Source of the DNA: Candidatus Thermosaccharophagus tengchongensis
Lineage (GTDB): Bacteria > Armatimonadota > Fervidibacteria > Fervidibacterales > Thermosaccharophagaceae
Assembly (NCBI GenBank): GCA_032161105.1
Contig: JAVHTD010000002.1
DNA: 64,000 nt
Direction: 5' to 3' (one strand)
Below the pieces are notes generated by a model. It saw only the letters and a list, made by a program, of their open reading frames with translations, ran no database searches and was not told where the DNA came from. The position numbers and the translations under genes were made by a program. The first letter of the stretch is position 1. Each line of letters begins with the position of its first letter. Shown here piece by piece: positions 10,997-19,512 of the stretch.

Positions 10997-11115
10997 ATCC
11001 TTTCGCCTCGCTCGCCAAATTGATTGTTCACGAATGCCGTATCGCCGCAATCTGTATAGGCGCATGGAAGCACCAAAAATTTTGATGGGTTATCGTTCGC
11101 CCGCTCGCTTTCGTT

Positions 11116-12132
11116 TCACTCCGATGCTTTGCGCCAAAAGGCTTTGTAGCGCTCAATCAGTTCATTAAGCGATGGCATTCCGGAGCGTGCGCCCATGCGT
11201 TCAACACAAATTGAAGCGGCACATGTTGCCAACCGATGGCACACATCAAGCGGCATCTTGTTGAGCAAGCCCAGAAGGAAGCCAGCCGAAAATGCATCAC
11301 CAGCGCCGGTTGTATCCACTACGCTTGTCGGCAAAGCCCTTTCCCAAAGCAAGCCGTATCCGTCGGGCAAATCAAATTGCACCTTGTTTGTCGGCTCTAC
11401 ACCGAGTGATGAAACTGCATCCTTGCTGTAGCTAACCATGCTCCCCTCCTCACCCATGGTCACAGCCACGATTGCCACGCCAAATGAATGGAGTGTGCGT
11501 GCACCTTCAGCAGCATCGCTGCAACTGGTTAACTGCACAAGTTCATCCCGTGAAATGAAGGCTATGGTGGCTCTCTCAAAGAATTGGCGCAGCGAGTTGA
11601 TTCCAAGTGAGGCGTAAATTGCTCCGGGAGAGAAGCTCACCTTCACATGCCCCGGGAGACGCATCACCCATGAAAGTTGGGCGCGCATTGGCTCATCTCC
11701 AACGAGAGATGTGCAATGTGCCCATTCAATGCTCTCTGGCAGCTCGCTCGGAAAATCGCATCCCCTCAAAAGCTCATTTGCGCCGGCGAGCACATAAAGC
11801 GCACGCTTACCATGTTCATCAACGAAGCCGAGCACGCGTCCGGTCTGCGCGCCAGATTTAATCCTCACCCATTGAGCCATCACTCCAACCTCTTGGAAGG
11901 ATTGAAGCAGCAGCTTGCCATCCTCGTCGTCACCTATGCACCCGATGAAGACACATGGCACACCCCACTTTGCAAGCGCATAAGTTGTGTTGGCTGCAGA
12001 GCCACCCGCCTCACGATGAAACGAGAGGACTTTCGTCTCTCCATCGGTGAGGAGCTGTGGCACCTTGTGAAGGTAATCAACATTGAGTGCGCCACAGGCA
12101 ACCAACTTCGGTGAACCCGCAAGCAGCTTCAT
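11116..12132 (-). CDS. PfkB/ribokinase family carbohydrate or nucleoside kinase
   Basis: 'GALNVD', 'AGGSAANT', 'IGDDEDG', 'DTTGAGDAF'. Start uncertain (ATG 12132 or GTG 12153); the longer ORF call overlaps the upstream HAD gene. Confidence 0.9.
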   Translation of the reverse strand: MKLLAGSPKLVACGALNVDYLHKVPQLLTDGETKVLSFHREAGGSAANTTYALAKWGVPCVFIGCIGDDEDGKLLLQSFQEVGVMAQWVRIKSGAQTGRVLGFVDEHGKRALYVLAGANELLRGCDFPSELPESIEWAHCTSLVGDEPMRAQLSWVMRLPGHVKVSFSPGAIYASLGINSLRQFFERATIAFISRDELVQLTSCSDAAEGARTLHSFGVAIVAVTMGEEGSMVSYSKDAVSSLGVEPTNKVQFDLPDGYGLLWERALPTSVVDTTGAGDAFSAGFLLGLLNKMPLDVCHRLATCAASICVERMGARSGMPSLNELIERYKAFWRKASE

Positions 12133-12175
12133 TCTCCGCTCAAGCTCTGCCACCACATCAAATTCATCGGCACAC

Positions 12176-13177
12176 TCATCCGAGCTTTGCCGCACGCCCA
12201 CGAAGCATCCCCCTAAAGCGCTTGTGAATTGAGAGCACCTCATCCTCGTTTGTGCATTCAAGCAGCCAGTGATAGAATGGTCCATCTGGCGGGTTTGGTG
12301 CACTGTCAACGAACTCTTTGGCTGCATCCAAGCCGCCGCTTGAGAATGCATCAACGAGCGGTATGATTGAACGAAGGTCAGTTGATGCCACACCAACAGT
12401 GCCGTATGGGATGGCATACTGATTCCCGTTGAAGACTATCGCCAACCCACCTTCGTCCCTGACGGCGCGCAACATCTTGAAGTCGGTGATGCTATCGCCT
12501 ATTGCCACAACATCGCTCATTCCAATCCCATATCTCTCCATGAACATGCGCAACGCTTTGACCTTCCTCTCACCGCCCACAACTTCTATTGAGCTTAGCA
12601 GCTTTCCAGATGGGCGGCGCGGCAATTCGTGCCAGTAAAATTCGTCAAGCAAGCGTTTGAGCTGCTCATCATCCTCGCGCGGTATCTCAAGGATGCGTTT
12701 TTCGTATGAGAGCAGAACCTCAATGTCATCCGCAACGCTGACTTCACCTGCGATTCTCTCAAGCGGTGCCGGAGTGCATGCCACATCCTCATGTGGCACG
12801 CCAACCCTGTCGGCGATGCTGAGGGCATGTGGCGCATAGCTCGTTGAGATGATGACCACAGCATGCCCTTTCGCCTTCAACTCACTCACGCATTCGCGTG
12901 CGCCATCAACTATCTCGGCTCTGCTTGAAACTGCGGCTATGTCGCGCTCGGTAATACCGTGAGCGAGCAGGAAAGGCAGGATGAGCGAGAGCGTATCTCC
13001 CGGCTCATAGTTCTCCCGCCCCTCAAGCGCGAGCAAGTCATCGTATCGGCTTATTCGCTCAAACAGCTCATGTCCCCTCTCCATCAACCCCATAACCTCG
13101 TAGGCGTTGTCTTGAGTTGAGAGCGGACCTTCAAGGTCAAACGCAACAAGAAATCTCTTCCCAACACTCGCCATCAC
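12176..13177 (-). CDS. HAD-superfamily hydrolase (COG4030-like, archaeal-type)
   Basis: Motif I variant 'FDLEGP', motif II 'IISTSY', conserved K in 'GGERK', motif IV 'GDSITD', 'FNGNQYA'. Confidence 0.75.
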   Translation of the reverse strand: MMASVGKRFLVAFDLEGPLSTQDNAYEVMGLMERGHELFERISRYDDLLALEGRENYEPGDTLSLILPFLLAHGITERDIAAVSSRAEIVDGARECVSELKAKGHAVVIISTSYAPHALSIADRVGVPHEDVACTPAPLERIAGEVSVADDIEVLLSYEKRILEIPREDDEQLKRLLDEFYWHELPRRPSGKLLSSIEVVGGERKVKALRMFMERYGIGMSDVVAIGDSITDFKMLRAVRDEGGLAIVFNGNQYAIPYGTVGVASTDLRSIIPLVDAFSSGGLDAAKEFVDSAPNPPDGPFYHWLLECTNEDEVLSIHKRFRGMLRGRAAKLG

Positions 13178-13180
13178 AGC

Positions 13181-14038
13181 TCACCCCTTGAGCAGCTCAG
13201 CCACAACGGCATCAACTTGCTCGCTTAAGTCAAGCCCACCCTCACACCTCTCACCCATTGCGAATACATCGTGCCCACGAATTTCAATGACGCCATCGGC
13301 GAGCATCTTCAGCGTGAGCACAATCAACGGCATTTCGCGGGCAAGCTCGTGCCGCCTTATCTCAGCGAATAGTGGATACGATTCGCCGTATGCATTGCGC
13401 AGCTCCTCAAGGCTCATGCATCTCAATTCCTCCTCAAGCCTGTTCCACAAGTGAGTGAAGGGCTCAGTGCGCAATGAGAATTTGCAAAATGATACGGCAG
13501 GACCTTCATCAAGCTGTGGTGTGGCAATGTGAATTTGCGCTCCGGCAACATCGGCTCGCTCCGCTATGAGCTGCCAAATGACATCTTGCCATGCTCCCTT
13601 CGGACCACCAGGGATGGCTGGATGAAGATTGAGCATCGTGTGACGCTCGCACATCCAATCGCTGAGTATGAGCATGTATCCCGCAAGGAAGGACAGATTG
13701 ACCCCAAATGGCTTGATGAGTTCGTAAACTCGTTCGTCATACATTTGGCGCCACTTGCGCAACGCCGCTTCATCACCGGATAAACCGCGCTTTCGCAGCT
13801 CCGGTTCAAACTTCGCCGAAGAGAACACCAAAAGTGGCAAGCCCTCACTCCTCACAAGCTCCATGAACTTATCGGATTGCTCACTCTCTCCCGGCTCCCT
13901 GTTGCAGAAGACGAAAGCTATCTCCAAGTTGAGTTCCCCGGAGCGAATTGAGTTGAGAGCAGTCACGAGCAGTTCCCTCGCAGCTTCATCCCTTCCGGTT
14001 GAAAACCAACCGATGCGCAGCCCCCTATCAGCGCACAT
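13181..14038 (-). CDS. Formyltransferase family protein (divergent PurN-like)
   Basis: 'LAGYMLIL', 'NLHPA', 'LDEGP' match the GAR-transformylase catalytic N/H/D. The N-terminal loop is 'WFSTGRD' instead of the canonical SGxGSN. Confidence 0.8.
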   Translation of the reverse strand: MCADRGLRIGWFSTGRDEAARELLVTALNSIRSGELNLEIAFVFCNREPGESEQSDKFMELVRSEGLPLLVFSSAKFEPELRKRGLSGDEAALRKWRQMYDERVYELIKPFGVNLSFLAGYMLILSDWMCERHTMLNLHPAIPGGPKGAWQDVIWQLIAERADVAGAQIHIATPQLDEGPAVSFCKFSLRTEPFTHLWNRLEEELRCMSLEELRNAYGESYPLFAEIRRHELAREMPLIVLTLKMLADGVIEIRGHDVFAMGERCEGGLDLSEQVDAVVAELLKG

Positions 14039-14083
14039 TTGCCATCACCCCAAATGGCAATTTGGGAGGACTTGCAGCTTCAC

Positions 14084-15505
14084 TTACACTGTGGCGGATG
14101 CCTGCCGAGCTTCTTCAGCCAGTTGCTCCCTTAAGCCGGGTGGCTCGACTGGTAGCCTGATGTGGAATGTTGTCCCTTTGCCCTCTTCGCTCTCAACCGA
14201 GATCGTCCCACCGTGCGCATCAACAACATTTTTGACGATCCTCGTCCCCAAGCCCGTGCCACCCGGCTTTGTGCTAACAGCTCTATCCGTGAACAATCTC
14301 TCCTTGACCCATTGAGGCATCCCTCTCCCTGTATCGGCAACCTCAATTAGCATGTAGTTGCCATCCGGAAATGGTTCGTCTCCGCCGACGAATTTCATCC
14401 TCACTGTTACGCTACCGCCAGAGGGCGTTTCCGGGATGGCGTTATTGACCAAGTTGTAGATGGCGTTGTATAGCCGCTTGGGGTCAACCCATATTTTGGG
14501 CAGCGGCTCTTCAGCCTCAATTCGCAAATCAACACCTTGCTTATCAGCCACAGGACGAAGCGCTTTCAAAACCTTCTCTGCGACATCTCTGACATCGCTC
14601 AGCTCAAATCTCGGCTTTGAGATTATGCCCTTAACACAATCGGAGATTTCTCTCACTCGCTCTTGGATCGCAATTGAGCTATCAATCATCATGGCGATTC
14701 CCTCGTTGAAGAAGGAATGGAAGTCCTCAATGGCTGCGTCAATTCGCCGCCATAGCTCGCTTGGCTGAATATCTTCCCCCCTCAGTTTCTCAAGCTCGCT
14801 CAGAAAGTCATTGAACATGAGCTGCAGTGTCTCAGCGGTGGTCATGACGGGCGTGAGCATGTTTTTAATGTCGTGGCTTATGTCACCGAGCATCTTCGTT
14901 ATGATTGCGAGGCGCAACGCTTCATATAGCCTTGCATTCTCAATTGCGGTCGCAGCAAGCACAGCCATTATTTCCGTCACAGCCATATCCTGCTCGGTAA
15001 ACTCGCCATCCCTCTTGTTCAGTATTTGGATGACGCCGATTGGCTTCCCCTCAATTGAGGTGAGCGGGACGGTCATCATATTCACCGTAATGTAGCCGAT
15101 GCTTTCTCCGAGCTCCCTGAAGTGAGTTGGCTCTCTTTGGACATCTTGGCTGAGCTTTGAAATGCCGGTTTTGAAAACCTCACCAGCTATTCCCCTGTCT
15201 GCCGGCATGCGCATGCCGAGCAAAACATCAGCCTTCTCACCAATGACGCACCTGAAGACGAGTTCATCCCTCTCGGGATCGTGTAGCAGTATTGAGCCAG
15301 CGGATGCGTTAACAACATCAAGCGTTGTTTGAAGCGTCTCCATAAGCATCTTCTCCAAGTTGGTTTGCGTATGAAGCGCTTTCGTTATTCGGAAGACGGC
15401 TTCAAGTTCCATCGTGCGTTGCTGTAGCTCGCGCATCAAGCGCTCAACCGTCTCATCGCTGTGCTCATCATGCACATCTTTCACCTCCGACGCCGCAGGC
15501 GCCAT
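14084..15505 (-). CDS. Cytoplasmic GAF-domain sensor histidine kinase
   Basis: GAF 'GIAGEVF...VPL...IGVIQILNK...F'; H-box 'ISHDIKN'; N-box 'NLVNNA'; 'DTGRGM'; 'GTGLG'. No TM segment seen. Confidence 0.9.
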   Translation of the reverse strand: MAPAASEVKDVHDEHSDETVERLMRELQQRTMELEAVFRITKALHTQTNLEKMLMETLQTTLDVVNASAGSILLHDPERDELVFRCVIGEKADVLLGMRMPADRGIAGEVFKTGISKLSQDVQREPTHFRELGESIGYITVNMMTVPLTSIEGKPIGVIQILNKRDGEFTEQDMAVTEIMAVLAATAIENARLYEALRLAIITKMLGDISHDIKNMLTPVMTTAETLQLMFNDFLSELEKLRGEDIQPSELWRRIDAAIEDFHSFFNEGIAMMIDSSIAIQERVREISDCVKGIISKPRFELSDVRDVAEKVLKALRPVADKQGVDLRIEAEEPLPKIWVDPKRLYNAIYNLVNNAIPETPSGGSVTVRMKFVGGDEPFPDGNYMLIEVADTGRGMPQWVKERLFTDRAVSTKPGGTGLGTRIVKNVVDAHGGTISVESEEGKGTTFHIRLPVEPPGLREQLAEEARQASATV

Positions 15506-15559
15506 AGCTAAGGACGGTGTTTACATGCCATGTCTATTTTAGCCTTGCACGAGGGCGCG

Positions 15560-15589
15560 TTGACACGGTAGCATCGCAGCTGGTATAAT
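15560..15589 (+). promoter_or_regulatory. Consensus sigma70-type promoter of the pil operon
   Basis: TTGACA (15560-15565), 18-nt spacer ending TGG, TATAAT (15584-15589), 73 nt before the pilM ATG. Confidence 0.75.
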
Positions 15590-15662
15590 GATGGTGGTGT
15601 CACATTCTATGCTTCGTTTGGATGGCTTGATGAAAATCCATCGTTCAAGCGGTGATGAGAAA

Positions 15663-17576
15663 ATGCCGCGCAATGTGATGGGATTAAACATCGGCAGCCG
15701 ATTCATTAAGGCAGTTGAGCTGCGCAGCAAGCGTAGCGGGATTGAAGTTGGCGCTCTTGGCATAGTGCCAACCCCGGAAGCTGCCATAGCTGCAGGTGAG
15801 ATATTACAACCCGATGTAATCGTTGAGGCACTGAAAGAACTTATCAGGGAAGCCGGCATAAGGACAAAGGACACAGTCACAACGATAGCTGGGCAAGCAA
15901 GCGTTGTAGTGCGAGTGACCGAAGTCCCAAAGATGTCTCGCAAGGAGTTTGAGAGCACAATGGCTCTTGAGATTGAGAGGGAAGTCCCGTTTGACCCGAG
16001 TTCAATACGCAGGGATTACATAATGCTGCGCGATATGGACGAAGTTGAAGAGGGTGAAACAGTGCCTGTGTTATACGCTGCTGCAAGAAGCGATGTCGTA
16101 GATACATACATTGATGTGCTCCTCAAGGCTGGGTTAAACCCAATTGCGATTGATGTTGAGCCGCTTGCAGCTGTGAGAGCCTTGGTTGACCTGCCAAGGA
16201 GCATCCAAGGCGATAGTGAATTTGGTCCGAATGACTTGGTCGTCATCGTCAACATTGGTGCTGAGGGTTCAGATGTGGTCGTCGTTCACGGCGGCGTCAT
16301 CGCCTTCCCAAGGGTATTGCCGATGGGCAGTGATGAATTCACCTTAGCCATTTCGGATGCGCTCGCTTTGGACAGGACGGAAGCCGAAAGGGTCAAGCAG
16401 GAGATAGGCACTGCGTGGATTGAAGAGCTGATGGCTGAACCGGGTAGACGCCCACCGGCTGCAAGGGAAAGTGAAACAATGCCGGTGGATGAACTTGGCT
16501 TGACCGAATTGGACATGGGCAGCCTTGAACACATGACTGATGGTGGCACACCAGTGGATGACGCGGATGACGACGGAAGTGATGAAGAGGAGTTCACCTT
16601 GGATTTGGGGTCGGAAGAGGAAGGCGAGAGAAGGGGATCGCACGAGCTTGAGGGTGAGACCGAGCAAATCGGGTTTGGATTTGAACTTGAGGGGGAAACA
16701 CAACCTACGGCTCAAATGCCCAAAGAGAGCGCTCCAGTTGCTCGTGAGCAACCGGCAATGAGCGAGAGTGAAGAGCAATCGGCTAAGCCCTCAGAAGAAC
16801 AAGGCTCCGAATTGCAGCGGCTTGAATTGCCCGAACTTGACATCCTGCTCAGCAGCGATGTTGTGCAACCTGAAACGCACGAAGTTGAACTTGAGGAGGT
16901 TTCACTTGGTGGCGCAGAGGCTGCGGAAGCTGAGGAGACTACTTTGGTTGGCGGATTTGACTTGGACTTCGGTGAGGAAGTAACCGAGGGTTTGCAGGCT
17001 GAATTAATACCTGAAGGCGCGCCGACTGAGCCGACAGTAACAGCTCCATATGGGGTGACCAGCGAAGAACTTAAGCTTGAGACTGAGGTTGGTCCAACCG
17101 GGTTTGAACTTGAGACGGAAATCGGTCCAGCTAAACCGGCGGAGGGATTAGAGGAGAAAGCAGCAGAGGAATTGGAGCAACCACCTTCACAGCCGGTTGA
17201 ATCCATCATTTCAACCGGCATTGAGATGATTGAGGAAAGTGCGCCGGCGGTGACAGTAACTGCTCGGTATATCTTTGAGGCAATTGAGGGCAGGTTGCAC
17301 GACCTGGCTACTGAGATAGTTCGTTCCGTTGAATACTACACAGGCAGAGTGCCAAATGCCGAGGTCAAATTGGTTTACATAATTGGCGGTGGCGCGAGAT
17401 TGAAAGGGCTTGACAAGTTCTTAGAACATCAACTTGGTGTGCCTGTAAGAGTTGGCAATCCGTTTAGATATCTTGAGCTTGCCCCAGTCATCTCCCGCTA
17501 TGGGCAGGCATACATTGACGACATAGCGCCATACATGGTTGTTGCGCTCGGGGCTGCGCTAAGCGAGTTGCTTTGA
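15663..17576 (+). CDS. pilM: Type IV pilus assembly protein PilM with a very large acidic insertion
   Basis: Actin-like 'GLNIGSRFIKAVEL', 'IDVEPLAAVR', 'VNIGAEGS', 'EIVRSVEYY', 'GGGARLKGL', 'VALGAAL'. Start moved to ATG 15663 because the ORF-track start overlaps the -10 box. Confidence 0.9.
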   Translation: MPRNVMGLNIGSRFIKAVELRSKRSGIEVGALGIVPTPEAAIAAGEILQPDVIVEALKELIREAGIRTKDTVTTIAGQASVVVRVTEVPKMSRKEFESTMALEIEREVPFDPSSIRRDYIMLRDMDEVEEGETVPVLYAAARSDVVDTYIDVLLKAGLNPIAIDVEPLAAVRALVDLPRSIQGDSEFGPNDLVVIVNIGAEGSDVVVVHGGVIAFPRVLPMGSDEFTLAISDALALDRTEAERVKQEIGTAWIEELMAEPGRRPPAARESETMPVDELGLTELDMGSLEHMTDGGTPVDDADDDGSDEEEFTLDLGSEEEGERRGSHELEGETEQIGFGFELEGETQPTAQMPKESAPVAREQPAMSESEEQSAKPSEEQGSELQRLELPELDILLSSDVVQPETHEVELEEVSLGGAEAAEAEETTLVGGFDLDFGEEVTEGLQAELIPEGAPTEPTVTAPYGVTSEELKLETEVGPTGFELETEIGPAKPAEGLEEKAAEELEQPPSQPVESIISTGIEMIEESAPAVTVTARYIFEAIEGRLHDLATEIVRSVEYYTGRVPNAEVKLVYIIGGGARLKGLDKFLEHQLGVPVRVGNPFRYLELAPVISRYGQAYIDDIAPYMVVALGAALSELL

Positions 17577-17597
17577 AGATGATGAGGTGATTTGAAA

Positions 17598-18518
17598 ATG
17601 CCAAGACGCGCTCCAAGAGGTGGCACGCTCAAAATCAACCTGATGCCGTCGTGGGTCAAAAGGCGCGGTTGGACTAAGTGGGTAATACTGATCTCGGCGA
17701 TATTCATAGGCATTGAAGCTGTGGTCATCTTGAGGACTGATATGGCATGGTCAAGGCGCATAAGGGAGTTGGAGGAAGAGAAGACACGGCTTGAGCAAAA
17801 GAAGCAGGAAATCCAAAGCATACTTGACGAGGCTAACCGAATAAGGAATGGCGTCAAAGCGATTGATGACAGGCTAACTATGCTTGACGGTATTTTGAAA
17901 TCCGGGAGAATATGGGTTGAAGCCTGCCAGAAAATCGCCAAATGGATACCGACGGGTGTGCAGATAACAAGTTTGCAGTTTGCTGGCACTACAGTAACGA
18001 TGGAGGGCTTTGCGCGTGACAGAAAAACTTGGGATAGCTTTTGGAGGATATTTTCTCGGTCAGCGTTATTCAGCAGCGTCAACCTGATCAGGCTCAGGTT
18101 AACTGAACCATTTAACATCGTGCTCACATCTGGGGATCCGCAGCAAGGGACATTGCCGGGTATGGCTCCTCCGGGTGGCATGCCTCCGGGCGCGCCCGGT
18201 ATGGGTGGCATGCCTGGGATGATGCCAATGGAGGGACAGCCAACTCCATCATCTCCTTCCGGCGTCAGCCGGTGGGCGGATTACATGCCGTTAGGTGCAA
18301 TTGAGTTCGCCATACGGGCTACACTCGCTATACAAATTCAACTTCCATCAATCGCACCAGCAGCTGCACCACCTGGTCTTGCGCCACCTGGAGCTGCTGG
18401 TATGCCTCCGGGTGCACCGCCGGAAAGTGCGCCACCTGGAAGTGCTGGTATGCCTCCGGGTGCACCACCTGAAGGTGCGCCGCCGAGTCCACCTCAAAGT
18501 GGTCCATCGGGTGAGTGA
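17598..18518 (+). CDS. pilN: Type IV pilus assembly protein PilN with Pro/Gly/Met-rich regions
   Basis: PilM-binding 'INLMP', TM helix, coiled coil, 'IPTGVQITSL...VTMEGFA'; directly after pilM. Confidence 0.8.
   Translation: MPRRAPRGGTLKINLMPSWVKRRGWTKWVILISAIFIGIEAVVILRTDMAWSRRIRELEEEKTRLEQKKQEIQSILDEANRIRNGVKAIDDRLTMLDGILKSGRIWVEACQKIAKWIPTGVQITSLQFAGTTVTMEGFARDRKTWDSFWRIFSRSALFSSVNLIRLRLTEPFNIVLTSGDPQQGTLPGMAPPGGMPPGAPGMGGMPGMMPMEGQPTPSSPSGVSRWADYMPLGAIEFAIRATLAIQIQLPSIAPAAAPPGLAPPGAAGMPPGAPPESAPPGSAGMPPGAPPEGAPPSPPQSGPSGE
18381..18484 (+). repeat. 48-nt tandem duplication in the pilN tail
   Basis: gctggtatgcctccgggtgcacc at 18396 and 18444 (APPGAAGMPPGAPPES / APPGSAGMPPGAPPEG). Confidence 0.8.
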
Positions 18519-18530
18519 GGTGCAACGCTG

Positions 18531-19373
18531 ATGAAAGGTTTTAGTTGGGTGTATGCGAGCATCATCGGCGTGTTGCTTTTCCTAATCATAGCTGCGGTTG
18601 GATGGTGGCGTCTCAGCCCGAAGCAAAAAGAGATTGCCCAACTCAGTAAGACTGTTGAGCAGTTGCGGAGTGAGGCATCCGATGAGAAGTTGAAGCAGGC
18701 TGAACGCGAGCGAGAGGAAGCAAGGAAATTTGCGGCTGAGGCGAGAATCCGCTGGATGGCTTTGAAAAAGCGCTTTCATGTATTCTCCTTCATTGCCGAT
18801 GACCAATCGGAATTGTTTTGGAAATGGTTTAGGGAAGCAATCGTTGATTACGAGCCGCAAACGAGAATGTTTATAGCTCGGCTCGCAAGGGAATGTGGGG
18901 TCAGGTTGGTCAACTATAACTTGCCGACGCTCCAAGTTAGCTTGCAGCCACCACCGCCACCCCAAAATGGGTTTATGGCGCTTGGTCAGTTTGACATAAC
19001 TGTTGAAGGCGATTTTCCGAGCATACTCAAATTCATTGAGCGATTGCCAAGTGGACCTCGCCCGATGGTCGTCATGATGCCGAGGTTTGAGGGTGTCTCA
19101 CCACGCTTAACTGCAACTATACCTGTGTCGCTGCTCATGATTTGTGAGACCGAAGTTGAACGAGCAGCACTTGAAGGGCGTGCGCCACCACCAACTGCAC
19201 AGCCTGCACCGCAGCCGGCTACCCAACCTATGCCTGGACCACCAGGACCACCGACTTTAGGACCACCGGCTTCAGGACCACCGGGACCGCCAACTTCGGG
19301 ACCGCCGGCTTCAGGACCACCTGCTATGCATCCAAAGGGTCCTGCTCCCGGTGAGGAGGGTGAAGGCGAATGA
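18531..19373 (+). CDS. pilO: Type IV pilus assembly protein PilO-like
   Basis: N-terminal TM helix, coiled coil, 'ITVEGDFPSILKFIERL...PR'; third gene of the operon; Pro-rich tail. Confidence 0.7.
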   Translation: MKGFSWVYASIIGVLLFLIIAAVGWWRLSPKQKEIAQLSKTVEQLRSEASDEKLKQAEREREEARKFAAEARIRWMALKKRFHVFSFIADDQSELFWKWFREAIVDYEPQTRMFIARLARECGVRLVNYNLPTLQVSLQPPPPPQNGFMALGQFDITVEGDFPSILKFIERLPSGPRPMVVMMPRFEGVSPRLTATIPVSLLMICETEVERAALEGRAPPPTAQPAPQPATQPMPGPPGPPTLGPPASGPPGPPTSGPPASGPPAMHPKGPAPGEEGEGE

Positions 19374-19512
19374 ATTAATCACTTTGATAGCGATGGTGCG
19401 CTGTTGCTGAGGATTTTAAAGGCGCATCAAGTGGCTAAAGAGGAGGTAGCAATGAATTTGCGCAACAGGCATAATGAAGGCTGGAGCATTTACAATGGGG
19501 GTGAACAACCTA

